A DNA stretch of 64,000 nucleotides from Ginglymostoma cirratum (lineage: Eukaryota). The DNA is taken from contig JAHRHZ010000222.1 in assembly GCA_024137785.1 (NCBI GenBank), forward strand, positions 35,804,296-35,868,295, read 5' to 3'. Each line of letters opens with the position of its first letter. Position 1 is the stretch's first letter. Below the pieces are notes generated by a model that was given only the letters and a program-made list of their open reading frames with translations, had not been told where the DNA came from and made no database searches. Both the position numbers and the translations under genes were made by a program. This document shows, piece after piece, positions 38,845 to 53,194 of this stretch.

Positions 38845-39349
38845 TCTCTCTCTCGTTTTCTTGTTCTCTCTGTCTCTCTGTCTCTGTCTGCCTTAAAAGA
38901 CATTGTCCAGCTCCCCTAGTGTGGAACAAGTGTTGGCGGTATTGTTTCAACACACCAATAGTCTGGTCTTTCAAGTTTCATGTTACAATATGGCTTTCAT
39001 ACAGCAGGGAGCACACACATCTTATGTGGCTTGCTCGAGTGAATCTTGAGCCAGGTCATCAGGGACCATTCGTCTTACCTTTGTAGTCATCCTTTAGTTT
39101 GCTGAAATGACTAAAAATCAGTTGGCACCATGAATTTCCACAGACTGATGGTATTCTGACTGCTAGGAGGATGGCAGGCTTTGATTTGCATTTTCTTGGG
39201 ATGCGGATGTTGCAGGCCAGGTCACCATTTATTGTCCATCACAACTTGTGCAGAGGGCCAGTTAAGAGCCAGTCACATTGCTGTGGGTCTAGAATTACGT
39301 GTAGGACAGATGGAGCCATAGTCCTACAGTTTCTTAAACTTGACTAGAC

Positions 39350-39745
39350 CAGTGTTTGGCCTTTGTCCCTCTAAACCTTTCCAATTCGTGTACCTGTCTA
39401 AATGTCTTTTTAGATGTTCTAACTGTACCTGCATCTACCACTTCCCCTGGCAGCTCGTTCCACATACACACCACACACTTCACCTTAAACCTACACCCTC
39501 TAGTTTTGAATTCCCCTACCCTGGGGAAAAAGACCTTGGCTATTAACCTTATCTATGCCCCTCATGATTTTATAATCCTGTATTAGATGACCCCTCTATC
39601 TCCGTCATTCCAAGAGGCCTATCCAGCCCCTCCTTAGAACTCAAACCGTCCAGTCTCAGTAACATCCTTGCAAATAGTTTTTGCACCGTTTTCCAGTTTA
39701 ATAACATCCTTCCATAACGAGGCAACCAGAATTGTACACAGTGCT
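39350..39745 (-). mobile_element. CR1-like LINE 3' fragment
   Basis: Homologous to 56130-56640. Confidence 0.65.
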
Positions 39746-41382
39746 CTCAGGAAGGGACACTAGCTTTTCTTCCCTATGACTAGTTAGCATCTGACACCAT
39801 GAATTGTGGGTAAATCTACCATCCTAGTGCTTGCTTGGCATGTTTAATTGTGGGAAGAGAGGGAATTAAATGGAATTAGCTCTAATGCCCCCTCTGATAT
39901 TTTTTAGAATATGCAGGTGATTCATTTAAATGCGTGTCCCCTTTAAATATTTTTGCATGATCTTAATAAGTTAAATGGGTTGACTTATGTGCAGACTGCT
40001 TTGGACTTTTGTTTGTCACATGGCCTTGTAACTTGCAGGGATCATGTGTTAAAATATTTTATTGTATGAGAAGTTGTCTATTCAATGTAGAGGTGGTATT
40101 GTAGTGGGAATGTCACTGCACTAATAATCCTGTGGCCCACTCTAATGTTCTAGAGATGAGAGTTCAAATCCCATCTGTGGTAGATGGTAAAATTTGCATT
40201 CAACTTTTTAAAACAAAAAATCGGCATTCTTCGAAACACAAAAGAATACAGGCCCCGTTTCCCCAGTCTCTCTGCATAGGACAGACCCACTATCTTGGGA
40301 GCAAGTTTGGTGAATCTTTATCATACTCCCTTCAGGGCATTAATGTTCATCCTGAGAGAAGACCAAAACAACACCTAGTACTCCAGGTGGAGTCTAACTA
40401 AGCTTCTTGGACAGCCAGATGAAACATGGTGATGTCTCATCTGAATGGTGTCACTTTTAACAGTGTAGCACACTTTTAGTTCTGCAGTGAATTTTCAGCC
40501 CAACATTTCTGCCCATGCTCCTGGCTTCTATGTGAATGTGCTACCAATTGAGCCAAGCATACATTTGTGGTGTGGGGCTCAGATAGCTCAGTTGGTGAAG
40601 TATAGCACTTGTCATCTGAGGGTCCAGTGTCCAAGTCCCTGTTTAAGCATTAATGTTCTTGTGGTGCATTTGGTAGGGTCCCAATGTCTGAGCTAGGAGT
40701 CCTGGTTTCAACTCCCCATTCGTCCCAAACGTGTATCTTAACCTCTGGAGCTGATTGGACCCGGACCTGGGCCTCCTGATTCACAGGCAGGGACACTAGC
40801 ACTGCACCAAAAGACCCCTCTCATAATATAACTTAAATAGGCTTATTAAAATAAGTATGCATGTGGTTTTAGTTCATCCAATCAGAATCAACAGGCATCA
40901 ATCTTTCAAGTTTAAATATGCTGCCAGCTGGTAAGCAAAAATAGAGGCATTTGAAATATTCAAATTGGAACTAGATCAATTCGTGGTTCCTGATAAGAGA
41001 TTCACGTTTGGAGCAGAAAACCTCAAAAATAATCTCCTCCATGTTGTCAGGAAGATTATCTATTCCTGCATGTCTTTAACATCTGGTAGAAGCAGTCTAC
41101 CCATGTGTCTGCTGGACTCTTTAACCCTGTTCTCCCTCCATTGAAGAAAAAACACACTAGCCTCGATACAGACCCACCACAATGTTCTGGCCAAGATCAA
41201 CAATGGGGAGAGGGTGGGTGACATGATTGGCCGAAATTCAGGACTTGCTACTTGAAGCTACAGCTCCACCCTCTTGTCAGAATTCCTGATTTGACTTTTC
41301 ATGCTTATAAATATTTGGATATAAAAAAAACTATATTTAGAAGTGAAAGAGCTGATTCTTTTGACTTCCTCCTCCATCTTAG

Positions 41383-41467
41383 ATGTTAACAATTCATGGC
41401 AAAGGCCTGAAAATAAATGTACGGAGGAATCAAAGAATTTTGAGAAGAAAACCCGTGCTCCCCTCAG
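41383..41467 (+). CDS. nkd1: nkd1 coding exon
   Basis: catcttAG acceptor, GTAATA donor. 85 bp: (D)VNNSWQRPENKCTEESKNFEKKTRAPL(R), resembling human ...EKKQRAPLR. Confidence 0.92.
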
Positions 41468-41796
41468 GTAATAAAAGAAAAGCTTTCCATTTCTTTTCTA
41501 AATGTTAAACTCACTGACATTTAGACAGTCTCTGTGATTGCCGTGTAATTATGATGATGTTGGATGATCTTTATTTCACATGTTGTTGCTTTACATCCCC
41601 ATTATTCTACGCTGAAATGTCCCTACAATATGAAAATTAATTGCATCAGTGCTTCACAGTTTACAAGGATGTATGTTGATTTGCCATAAAACTTAGTGTC
41701 ATGTTTTGCCTGCAAAAACTGAATGAAAAATGACTTGAACACCGTCTGGATTAAGTTTCCTATGCAATGAATATTTATCAAGTTACTCTCTTTCAG

Positions 41797-41927
41797 ACGT
41801 CACAACAGTGACCAGCATCCCCAGCAAAATAACTGCCATCGCCACTGTGTGGATGAGAACATAGAAAGGAGAAACCATTACCTTGACTTGGCAGGGATAG
41901 AAAACTACACCTCAAAATTTGGACCAG
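41797..41927 (+). CDS. nkd1: nkd1 coding exon with conserved ~30-aa Nkd motif
   Basis: tttcAG acceptor, GTACAA donor. 131 bp: RHNSDQHPQQNNCHRHCVDENIERRNHYLDLAGIENYTSKFGP. Confidence 0.96.
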
Positions 41928-42578
41928 GTACAAGAATCTAAATTGGAACAGAAAAAGATATTGTCATTCTTTTGCAGGAGACATGTGGCTACTTATTTCT
42001 GTGTTTTGACATCAAGGGTAGATTTCAATTCTTGGCTGGAATGCATAAGCCGATCCCCATTTGTGCCAGAAGAAAGTTTATTTGCTTCGAGGGCCATTGC
42101 ATTATTTGTCATCTTTGTGCCTGGCTGCTGCGCTAAATGGGTATTCTTGTACTCTGGGCAAGTGCAGTATCAGATAGTGCAGATGAAAAGAGATGTCTGA
42201 GCCAGTTCATGAAAGCATTATCTCTGTCCCTGTCAACCCATTTCCCATGGGTCTGTCTGACTAGTGATATCCAATGGTCATACTGGTTGGATGGGACTTC
42301 TTGTACAAGTGGTTACAATCTCAGCTTACATGAACAAATAGGAGACATTTTACAGCACAGAGGATAGCCTGGAGGTTGTATATTTTAGGTTATTACGTAC
42401 ACCTCCCAAGCACTGGTTTGTGAGCAATATTGATCAGACAAATTAGAGCAAGCATTGTGTGGGGGGATAAAAGCATAAAATCAGGGCAAGCAACAAAATG
42501 CAAAGAGAGACTTGGCGTTTGGGCCCTAATAAACATCATCTTTAAGTTTTAGACTGATCTTAAGTGTTTATTCCACAG

Positions 42579-43168
42579 GTTCACCTCCAGCGGCATCTCG
42601 AAAGGAAAATCATGTGAAAGTTTCTCAACATGCCAGATCCCGTTCCCATGATCCTGAGGTCATGCACAGTCACCATAGGAGATCTCAAACTGTGGATGCA
42701 GGGCACAGTCACCTTAATCATTCTTCATACACTCGGATGATTGAATTACAGCAAAGACTACGTAATCAGGACAGCAACAAGCACTTAGTCAAGTCGCCGA
42801 GAACCCTGAGCAAAAATATGATGGCTTCAGTCCAGGCTGGAAGGGTTGGCAAGAACAAGTCTTCACAGAGCCCCTACATGCCACTGACCTCCACTCCTGT
42901 TGTAGTCAGCCCAAATATTCCATATCTACCCATGCAGCTTGGCCAACAACATCAACAGAGTCACAAGAAACACAAGCAAAGATCTAAGGACAACCATCAA
43001 GTGTATAAAGCCTTCCAGCCCCCTTCAAGAGTAGTAGAGCAAGAGCATGTGAGGGATTTGCCTTCCCTTATGCTATACGAAGGCCATGTTGGTCGGATTG
43101 TTCAGAGACATGAACATCATCACCACCATGAACATCATCACCACTACCATCATTTCTACCAGACATGA
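42579..43168 (+). CDS. nkd1: nkd1 last coding exon with poly-His tail
   Basis: ttccacAG acceptor, in frame with ORF 42614-43168. Contains RSRSHDPE, ELQQRLR and HKKHK, and ends QRHEHHHHHEHHHHYHHFYQT*, an NKD1-type terminus. Confidence 0.96.
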
Positions 43169-45660
43169 ACAGAGAAGACCAGGACATTCAATAAGAACTA
43201 AAAGCCACAAAATTCAGTTTGAAGGAGATATTTCTGACTGGATTTTATCACCTTCAGTCCACACAGTATTGTTGATATTAATTATAAGATGCAAGGTTCA
43301 TTACTTTGACAGTGAATAATAATGACATGAAGTGAAACTCGAAGACTTTTGAACAGCTGGCTACCTCTCGTGTTAATTCAGATTTTATTTTCTTTAACCT
43401 ATAAAATGTGCCACAGGGGGTTTTAATGTCCTGCATACTTGTAACCTTTTTGTGTTGTCCAGAGTATCATTTGCATTTCTGTATATGAAATATTTTCTGT
43501 ACTAAGATTCACGTTAACCATATTTGACAACTCTACAGTTGTTACGATACTGTAGTTTTAATTCTTCCTTCTGGAGTCAAATTGTTTTCTACCTTTTTGA
43601 GATGTAGCCTAAAGGAAAGAAACGCTGCTAAGTGTTCTGAAAGATTTGTGCCGAGATATGGTGCATTTTTTTTCGTACTTTATTTGGTTGTTTAAATTCA
43701 TTTTCTTTCTGGTGAAGAGTTGTTGATTTGAATGTTTTGTGACAACACCAGTTTGAATTCTTTTGAAATATCAAAGACAGTGGCATGTCTCCCAGGTTGG
43801 TTCTAATCTGACTGCATATCTATATATATATATGGAGTGAATTGCTTAGTCAAATCTGTGCACCTAATCTTTCAAAACTTTGTGCAGTAGTTAGTGCACG
43901 GTGTTGCACATTGGAGGCTTACCGTCTGAAGTTCTTGGATGTAATCACTCACATGCGTTTCAGAAATGTATGCAGTGGTAGTTCTAAGAATGTGTATGAA
44001 TGCAACTAACCCCAATATTATAGCACTGAAATTCTGTCACTCCAGTCCCACCAACTGGAGAAATTCAAGGTCGCCATAACAGTTGACCCTGTGTTATGGG
44101 ACTGTGTGACACTGAAGGTGCAATGCTCTATACACATTTCGGAGAAGTTAACAAGTATATATTCTATCTCAGGTGCATTTTCTTTTAAAACTGTGGTTTG
44201 ACTTTTTTTTTGAAATACAAATCTTTTCTGAAAGGAATGACAATGGACTTCTTCATGAGTCGTGCACAGGGAAGGTGGGACACAACTTGATACAGCCAAC
44301 TTCAGTTTTCAAGTAGGGTCTCTAACTTTTATTGAACTAGCATAGGAGATAATCAAATGAAGATACCTCACCCATAATGATATTCAGAAGCCCGTTGGGA
44401 GTTAGTTGTGGTGAGTCTTTGCACAAATGGAAGAAGGCTGTGAACGAGTGAGATATCCTGATAGTTGTATAGCGTCTTAACTGTACTGCAGAGGAAGTCT
44501 AAAATACTACGTGCTGCTGTTGATGATTAAGTGTTCAGCCCTTTACACACAGCAATGAAGATGTCCCTGCAAAAAAAAATCATAGTTTTGCTTCAGGAAA
44601 AGCTTAGTAGTAAATTTCAATGCTTGTTTTCAGATAGGAAATTGATTAGAGAATCATTCTTGTATTAAGCAGCAAAATAAACTTAAATCACACGGTAGAC
44701 TGTTGTTACCGTTAAGGTCATGTGATGTATTACCAATAATGATTGATTTTGGGGAGGATAACCTTTGCAGTCCGTTTGAACACTTTGTCCGTTAAACTGA
44801 CACAGCTTTGTGTGTTATGCGGAGTAGAACAACACAGACTGAAGTTAGGTATGTTTACCCCATGTTCACATTTATTCTGATGTCACCAGAAGTTGCTGTG
44901 TGAATTGGGCTTTCTTTCACATCTGTGAAAAAGACACGTCTTTTGGCGTGAAAGGACAGTGCCGTGGGCAGTGAAATCACCACTCTCAAATTATAGAAGG
45001 AAATGTTTAAAGAATATACTGTTCTATTGCAACAGCATCCTTGAAGAAAACATTCTAGTCATATTTCAAGGATCCTTTTCAGATTTACTAAGGAATTAAG
45101 GAGGCCATGAACTTTTTCATTTATATGGACTTAGACAGAGTTGTACCTTGATGCTAGGTATGTTACAAACACTGCTCATGTAGCGGTCTTTCCCTTCAAA
45201 GTATACTTTGTATTTATAAAATATATATTGGACTGAAAATGACATGTCTGCTAAGCATATTGGTTTTTTTGTGTCATAGTTATTTTTTAATTATTAGCAA
45301 TCCTGTGTTAACAAACTTAAGTCTAATGCAATCTTGTTTCCATCACTAGTATATCTTACACATCGTGTACATTCCCAACATGTGTAGTGTTTTCTGACAG
45401 CCTTGTAAAAGAACAGTGTTTAAATTTGCATTGACTACATATTGTACCATTCAGTTGTAAAACTATTTGTGTAACACAATTCATGTTCCCTTCTGAAATA
45501 AGTTTTTTTTTTTTGGTATCCCTTTAATTGAATATATCTTTTCAGTATTTTGTATAGTATATATAGATGGTTTTGATTAAATGCTTTATTTATTTAATAG
45601 TAAAACTGTGCCAACAGGAACCCCTTTTCATTAAAGGTAAATTAGTCAAACACCTCAACG
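43169..45660 (+). other. nkd1: Probable nkd1 3' UTR
   Basis: Repeat-free AT/U-rich stretch after the stop. Candidate polyA signals AATAAA 44676-44681, ATTAAA 45576-45581 and ATTAAA 45630-45635. The end is inferred. Confidence 0.6.
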
Positions 45661-45929
45661 ATCCTGTGTCCCAGAGACTAATTATTTGGCATTGTTCAGC
45701 AGTATTTCACTGAGTCCTCGGGGACCAGTGATTTTTGATCTATATGACTGCCCACCATTTTGGCAAAAAGGCAAACCTGACAATGGCAATTCTGTAGACC
45801 CTCATGAGACCCAATAAGAAATATTGTATACACAGTCACAAAGTTTTTGCATTATTTATCTTGCCAAAAAAGGAACATTTGGACACGAGGGCCGTAAGTC
45901 AGTCAAAGACACAAACTGCTAATGTGAGT

Positions 45930-46050
45930 GTGAGTCGCCATTGTCTTACCAGACCATAGAGCTGCTCTCTCATTAGGGAAAGAGATGACTGGTGGTGATT
46001 TATCTTAAGGGCTACCATACCTCTGGTGCAGTGAGAGTTTGAGGAAAGTC
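45930..46050 (-). mobile_element. Third SINE-like family fragment
   Basis: AAATCACCACCAG...TCTCTAATGAGAG...ATGGCGACT motif, also at ~8720-8940 and ~12240-12330. Confidence 0.5.
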
Positions 46051-47689
46051 CTTCAGTGTAATTATGGTTACTAAGAACCAAATTTTATAGGTTTGTTATG
46101 ATTTTGGAGGCTAGTTATTGTTTAGTATTGTGTCATTATTTAAAATATATTACCGTTCTTCATTTTGAGAAGAGAATATTGAACAGTACTAAATATAAAT
46201 ATAAAATATAAATTATGAAAGTGCTTAAAGTTCCAAATTGGCTTCTTTGAATGTAGTCACTTGAGTCTATTGAAGTAATAAAATTGGGAACCCAGAAGCA
46301 ACCAGAATTCAACACCTAATCAGTCTTTTTTTTTTTTGTCTTTACAATAGACTGCAAGTGTATCTGGATTAGTTTATGCATAGCAATTGGTAATTGTTGT
46401 GAAATAACATTAAGTGAAAAGGAACCTATTGGAAGTACAGAATCACAAAAATTATGTTTACAAAAGTAACACTTAAAAATTGTACATAGTAATAAGAAGG
46501 TAATTACTTTACAGATATAAATTATAATCAATTAAAGTTTTTGAGAATTTGATTTACCAGGCTCATTTTAATCCTATAGGGTAACCATATATTTACCAAG
46601 AGCAATGTAACCAACAATTAAAGAAACTAATTTGAGACATTTGAATAGTTGATACAGCATCAAAAGCAAGTGCTGTTATTACAAAAATAATTAACGTTTT
46701 ATCTTCTTGTATCCTTTTGTCTGCTTCTGGTTTCAATTTAACATTTTAGTAAATGCCAATGATTTCAGGAATACCGGCTGGAGATATTACTGAGGTTGCA
46801 AGCGTATGAAAGAGAGATTAATATTATGAGAGCACAATCTATTAAAATCGCTATTGCAAATGCTTCAAACATGTTTAGAATGAACTGATAAGAATTGAGT
46901 TTTCCATTATATCATTCTCAATCCATTCTCCAAACGAGTTCCCCCATACTGACAACGTATTCATTTAAGAAACCTTTAATAGATATTGGACGAATGAATT
47001 CCTCCTGATGGTGTCATTCAATCACTGTTAAGTAATTGCTGTTATGTACATTTCAATCAATTAAGTTGGACCCATCTTTAACAAAGATTATAAATTTTGT
47101 TGGCTGGGCAGTCTGTATCTTGACCTGCAGTTTCAACTTGTATCCTCAGGCAGTATGTTATATTGTAGGTTATGCAACAGGTTAAAATCTTATACAAGTA
47201 TAACACTGCTTTTTATACAGACATGGGGCTGAGCTGCATGTACACTAACAATGTTTAGATTTGAAAAGAATATGTTTTCACTGTAGCCTCTAGATAAAAT
47301 GTAGCTCACTTTTCAGTTTTGTCTGTTAAAATAACTCCTTCGGTCAGATGATATCCACAAACCAAATGGTACATTAGGGAGAACCCTTTGGTAGAATAAA
47401 AAGTACTTTACTGACTCTCGATTACAGTGGCAATCCCAATACTCCTCAAACTCCCCAAGCCTGTATAAGCAGATGGCATCCTTCATAAAATAGTGAGATT
47501 TTTAACTCCTTCAACACATTTTCAGTTGATCTGATTGACAACCGAGCCCAATTATGTTTCTTCAAATGTCATGCAGTGGTTCAGCTAGAAGTATCTCTTT
47601 TTTTTTTAAAATGTGCTTTATTCCTTAAACATACACTCTTGGATAGTTTACTACCAAAGTGAGCTTGTAATTGTCATTGAATAGCAAAG

Positions 47690-48740
47690 TCAACAACCTG
47701 TTTCATCACTTTGTTAATGATTGAGAGTAGACTAATGGAGTAGTAATTGGTTGGATTTGCTTGGTTGGTTTATTGTCCATCACTGTTGATGATTGGATGT
47801 GGCGGGATTGCAGATCTCAAATCTAATCTGTTATGGGATCACGTAGCCCTTTCTGTCCCATACTGTTTCTGCTGTTTCGCATGAAAGTAGGTCTGTGTTG
47901 TAGCTTCACCATATTGACACTGTTTTAGTGTGACTAATGCTACTTTTGGCATATCGTCCTGCATTCTTCTTTCAGCCTTCATTGATCCCCTGCCTTGGTG
48001 GTAGTGGTAGAGTGAGTGATTGGTCAGACCTTCAGTCCACAGATTGATGGTTGACCACAACTCTGCTACTGCTGATGGCCCACAGTGTCTCAGAGTTGCT
48101 AGATCTATTTGAAGGCTATTCCATTTAGTGCAATGATACTACCACCCAACAAGATGAAGGCTCTGCTCATTGTGAAGATGGGACTTTGTCGCCATGTTGA
48201 CTGTGCAGTGTTCACTCCTTCCAATACTGTTCTGGATAGATGCATCTGCATGAGGGAGATTGAATACAAGATCAAGTAGATTTTCTTCTCGTGGCAGATC
48301 CTGTCTAGCAGCTCTATCCTTTAGAACACAGCCAGTAGTCATGCTAACAAGCCACACCTGGTGATGGACATCCCCCACTCAGAATACATTCTTGTGCCCT
48401 TGACACTGCAATGCTTCCTCTGATGTATTAATTCATTACTTAGAGGAACAGTACATGGTAATTGTAAGAGTTTGATGTAAATGTTTGATCTAATGACATG
48501 AGACTACTTTGAGTTAGGAGTCCATATCGAAAACACTTAGGCCAACTCCCTGTGCCTGAATATATCCCACTGTTCCACCACCTCTGGCGGGTCTGTCCCA
48601 CAGTTGGGATAGGACGTCGGGATGGTGAAGGTGGTGTCTGGAACGTAGTAATAGTAGTGGAATCATTGTCTGTAAGTAATGTCAAAGTATTGCTTGACCA
48701 GTCTGTGGGACAGCTCTGCTAATTTTGTCAAAAGCCCTTT
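47690..48740 (-). mobile_element. Decayed CR1-like LINE
   Basis: MGDVHHQVWL...ENLLDLV...SIGRSEHCTV endonuclease remnants. Confidence 0.65.
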
Positions 48741-48854
48741 GCATTAGTTAGAAATGCCACACTTTTTGGTGTTGGGGCCTTAGCTATTTGCAATCTAAAT
48801 CGATGACTTGAATAAAGAGACCAAATTTATGGTAGCTAAACTCGTGCATGGGAT

Positions 48855-49165
48855 CAAGCCCCACCCCCATTTCCTGCCTACTAGCCTCATCCAGCCCCCT
48901 TGACCTGTCTGTCCTCCCTGGACTGACCTATGCCCTCCCTAACTCCTCACCTTTACTGGCTCCATCCCCGCCTCTTTGACCTGTCTGTCTCATCTCGACG
49001 TATCTTCTCCTCTATCCATCTTCTATCTGCCTCCGCCTCTCTCCATATTTATTTCAGAACCCACTTCCCCTCCCCTATTTCTGTAGAAGGGTCTAGGCCT
49101 GAAACATCAGCTTTCCTCCTCCTCTGATGCTGCTTGGCCTGCTGTGTTCATCCAGCTCTACACCT
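48855..49165 (+). mobile_element. Penelope-like terminal repeat, diverged copy
   Basis: Colinear with 23985-24374. Motif CTGTAGA-AGGGTCTAGGCCT-GAAACATC at 49081-49108. Confidence 0.72.
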
Positions 49166-52100
49166 GGATTAAATATCAACAGGAAATGACTACCTGACAC
49201 TGGAGCATCCATGCCTTTAACAGGGTAGTGCCCATCCACAAAGGCTGCCAGTCAATCATTGGACTAGCAGCTTTCCAGTCCCAGTAGGGCTATTGGTTAC
49301 TGCTGGGATTGTAGCATTGTCTATGACATTGTCTATGTCTTAGAACAATGAGTCAAGTTCTTTGGGATCAGGCCCAGGTAAAGGAAAAGAGGCCATTCTG
49401 AGGTTAGACAGATATTTTCAGCAGTGGTGACATTTGTGCCCGAGAGTTTGCCCAATCAGAAAAGGTCCAATTCCTATTAAAGTTTGTAGCAAGGCCCCCA
49501 AAATTTATTTAAACCAAAACCCAAATAATTAGCCACTTACAGGACTCGATGGGACTTTAGGTGGGAAGTCTGTCTTCAGCCTTCCGCACCGCTGACTTAA
49601 TCCAGGAGAACTATGAAGGTGACTATCTTTATGTCTCTCACTTGCCCTCTTGATTGTATAATCCACCCCAGTTTCCTGGGGAGAAATTTGCCATGCCCTA
49701 GGTATCCAGCTAACTCCCTTAATGTACTGCAAATTGCAGGAGTACCCAGCACCTTTTACTTACAATCAAGTGCACATCTACACAAATCCAATATGTGCTG
49801 CTAAATAATGAGGTTGAGTTTTGATTCTGAATTATTTCCTATTTAATGCAACTTTTTTAGTTGTTTTGCTAAGCTATTACATAATGCATTGCATTATTTT
49901 CCAGTGGGAAATTGAGGAGCATTAAGAAAACCTCACCAAGCTAGAGTGACATTTTTTGTATTTAGGAAGAATCAACTTAAATTGGCCACTTGTCCTCCAG
50001 ATCCTATTTCAGACCAGTTTGATTAAATCTTTTGTAAGTCTTCAGATAATCTTGCTCTGTAGCAATTCTACTTAACTGAAGACAGGTTTTGCAAACAGTG
50101 CAATGTCTGAAAGGGTAAAGGTTTCATTCTATGTGACCTTTTTCTAGTTCTCACATTATCTGAATACAGTTTAAAAGTAGTTATATCCTTTGAGGATTGC
50201 AAAGGATGTGGTTTAACCTAAACACCATGAAATGAAGGATTATATTAACAGCGATTTAAAGATTTGTAGTATGGATATATTGCTAAAATTATAGATGTGA
50301 AAATATTATTAAATTTCATTACATTTTCTCCTTTTGCAGAAATTCAGCAGCAAGAATCTATGCTGTATCAAAGTTAGTCGTTCACTGCTGAATTTGTAAC
50401 AGCTTAAACCTATATTCTATTAATTTTTAAAAATGTTTGCTGTGTCATTCTATCTAAAACTCCAGTCACAATCAATTATAACTAAATTCATTAACCTCTT
50501 ATCAGTGTCTCCAAAACATATTATTCCTGTTCATTCCAAATAGTTTAATGAACAAAATTCGATACCCACATCAATTTTAAAGATACCTTGGATTATACGG
50601 CCCCTTTTATGAATTGGTGCCAAAAATCCACGAACTGCTTTTAAGTGTACTGGAGAAGTTTTATCCTGTGATGTGTGTAACAGTAAGCACTTAACATTAA
50701 CACACTGTTTCTCTCAATAAATAAAGGATAAATGCATATGACATTAAAAAAGCTGTCTACAACAGCAGTGACTTTAATTTATATACAGTTTTACTGTTAT
50801 AAAATATCCCAACATGCCTGACGCGAGTGCAATAACACAAAAAAAAAGTCACTACAGGCAGAACCCAGGTTGCAAACAGGTCCATTTGCAAGTTGATTTG
50901 TATGCAAGTCAGGATCCCATGCACAACAATATAAAGTGCTGTCTGCAGTAGAAGAAATGTTCATGTTTCTGATATTTAAAATTATACCCATATGCGATCA
51001 CATTTGTAAGTATAAGAGTTTGTAAGTCAGACATTTATAATTTGGGGACCCCCCCCAGTATATTGTCTTAGTGCCCCATCACACCAAAACATGATGACTG
51101 GGGAAGCAGTTAAGGGAACGGACAACAAGTGCAATGTTAGGTTGCTGTTTTCAGCAGTGCCATACTCTTTTCATCAGTGTGCTGATTGTTTCAATGGCTG
51201 AAGAGGAGGGGAGGTCCACGGTTTCTGGTCACCAGCCAGTGTGTAAGCAGGGTCCCTATTCCCACCTCTTGGGTAATTTTTATGAAGATACTGGGTTGAG
51301 AAATGTGATGGCTAACCGTGTGTAGTAGTTGGTTAATGATTTAAGAGGTGTATTAAGACCAATCTACTATTGATGACTGACAGCTCCTCTGGTGCAGTGA
51401 CGATGCCCCTACTCTGGACCAGAGGTGGGTTCGCATCCCACCTGTTCCACAGGTGGGTTATAATGTGTCTGAGCAGCTGGACTCAAAATATTTACAGTGT
51501 TTGGAATTGACCTGTCAACAATCAGGCCCCATGCTAAGAGGGAATACTGGCTAATGAATTGAATTGGATTCAAGGATCAGAGTGGAGAAAAGATGTTGCA
51601 TTTACCAAACACTTTTATTCCCCTACCTCACCCAAACACGGTCTGGTCATGAGTGCAATGGTGACCCCAAGTGTAGCTAAAGGAGAAGATTCCCATCTGT
51701 ATTGATCGTCTGATGGTGGCTACTTTTTATATTACAAGTCTTAACAGGATACCTCTAATCTGGGGCATCACTTCTTCACATATTTTCAATTCTCAAATCC
51801 AATGGCAGGCTGCTTGTCTTTTACTGCTGGATGGCTTCCTCTTGGCTATCCTACCTCACAGAACTGTCGTCTATCCTTCATTGGACTGGACACCTGGAGG
51901 CAGCCACTTCACTGCCGGCCTCCATATAACTCACTCTTGGTGTCCTGGTGTTGGCATATTTAGGATCCAGACTTGCATTTCCTCCTGACATTGGGATCTT
52001 GTGGCTCAAGTGAAAAGTCTGTCCAGTGAGTGATTTTCACCAAAATAAAGTTTCGTTATTCTATATTTTTTCAACAATTTAAAATCTCTATTAATAGTGT

Positions 52101-53194
52101 CAGACTTGTAGAGTTTGCTTTCAGCTTGTATTAGGTTGATTTGAAATGAAGGCTATCCCCCTAGGGTTTAAATGATAGACATGTGGCTAGTTCTCTCAGC
52201 CTGTATACTGGGATATATTGAATTACCTGCTTGATATATATCCTGGGGTTTGATTTTAATATGGAAGCAGCTGAATTGTCACATTAGCTGTCTGTGAGAG
52301 TATAATGCAAATCAGCTGCTTTGGAGCTCTGGAGAATTCAGAGCTCGATGTTACTTTGAAATTTGATCAGAACTCCCCATAATTTATATGTCAGCAAAGA
52401 CTTCCAACCTTCTACAGTACAAATAGAATAGAATAACAGAGAATAAAGTAAAAAAATAACAGACAGCTGTCTTCAATGCTTCTATTTTTGAAATAAAATA
52501 ATATTTTGGGCATTATGCTTAGTTTCTTTGCAATTTAGTACTAACAACATTATCAGCATCATATGGAAATATTCATTAAGTGTGGAGATGGTTACGAGCT
52601 GCAGTATGTTGCCAAAATGTGTATTGAGAAACTGATAATATGGCTTGATGTTTGACATTATGTTATTTGACCATACACAATACATTTTGGCATATTTTCA
52701 AACTTGTGTTTGCAATATACTTATCCCTTCTATGAAGCAATGTAATTATGGTATGTTTTGAGATAAGCTTCATGCAATAAAAGCCATACTATGGAAGAAA
52801 TAATAATAGTTGCTGAGATATGTTTGAGGGCCTGTGCTGACAAAGTGTTTTGGTGTTCACAGACACCATGGATGCCTGGACTATTGTGAAACACAATTCC
52901 CTGCAGATGGAACATGCATAAAACTAAGATCTAATTGCTGTAGCTGTTCCTTCTGATAGATATCTATTAGTTTAAAGGAATCTGCATTTGGAAGGCAAGA
53001 GCGTTGTGCAATGTATATAGGCTTACTTTGCAATAACCAGCGCAGTAGACTGGTGCAATATATTGATACATTGTTTATTCAGTTTCTAAGATTCAAAAGA
53101 ACATTGCAACTGGTGATAAGGTTATAAAATGCATTAAAATGTAACTATTTTACTTAATGTTATGTTTGCTCAAGTAGCTAATTAGATCATATTA

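Noticed and set aside
38144-39086. Long ORFs of 174-250 aa in the ORF track
   Set aside because: They are open only because they run through a 400-N gap.
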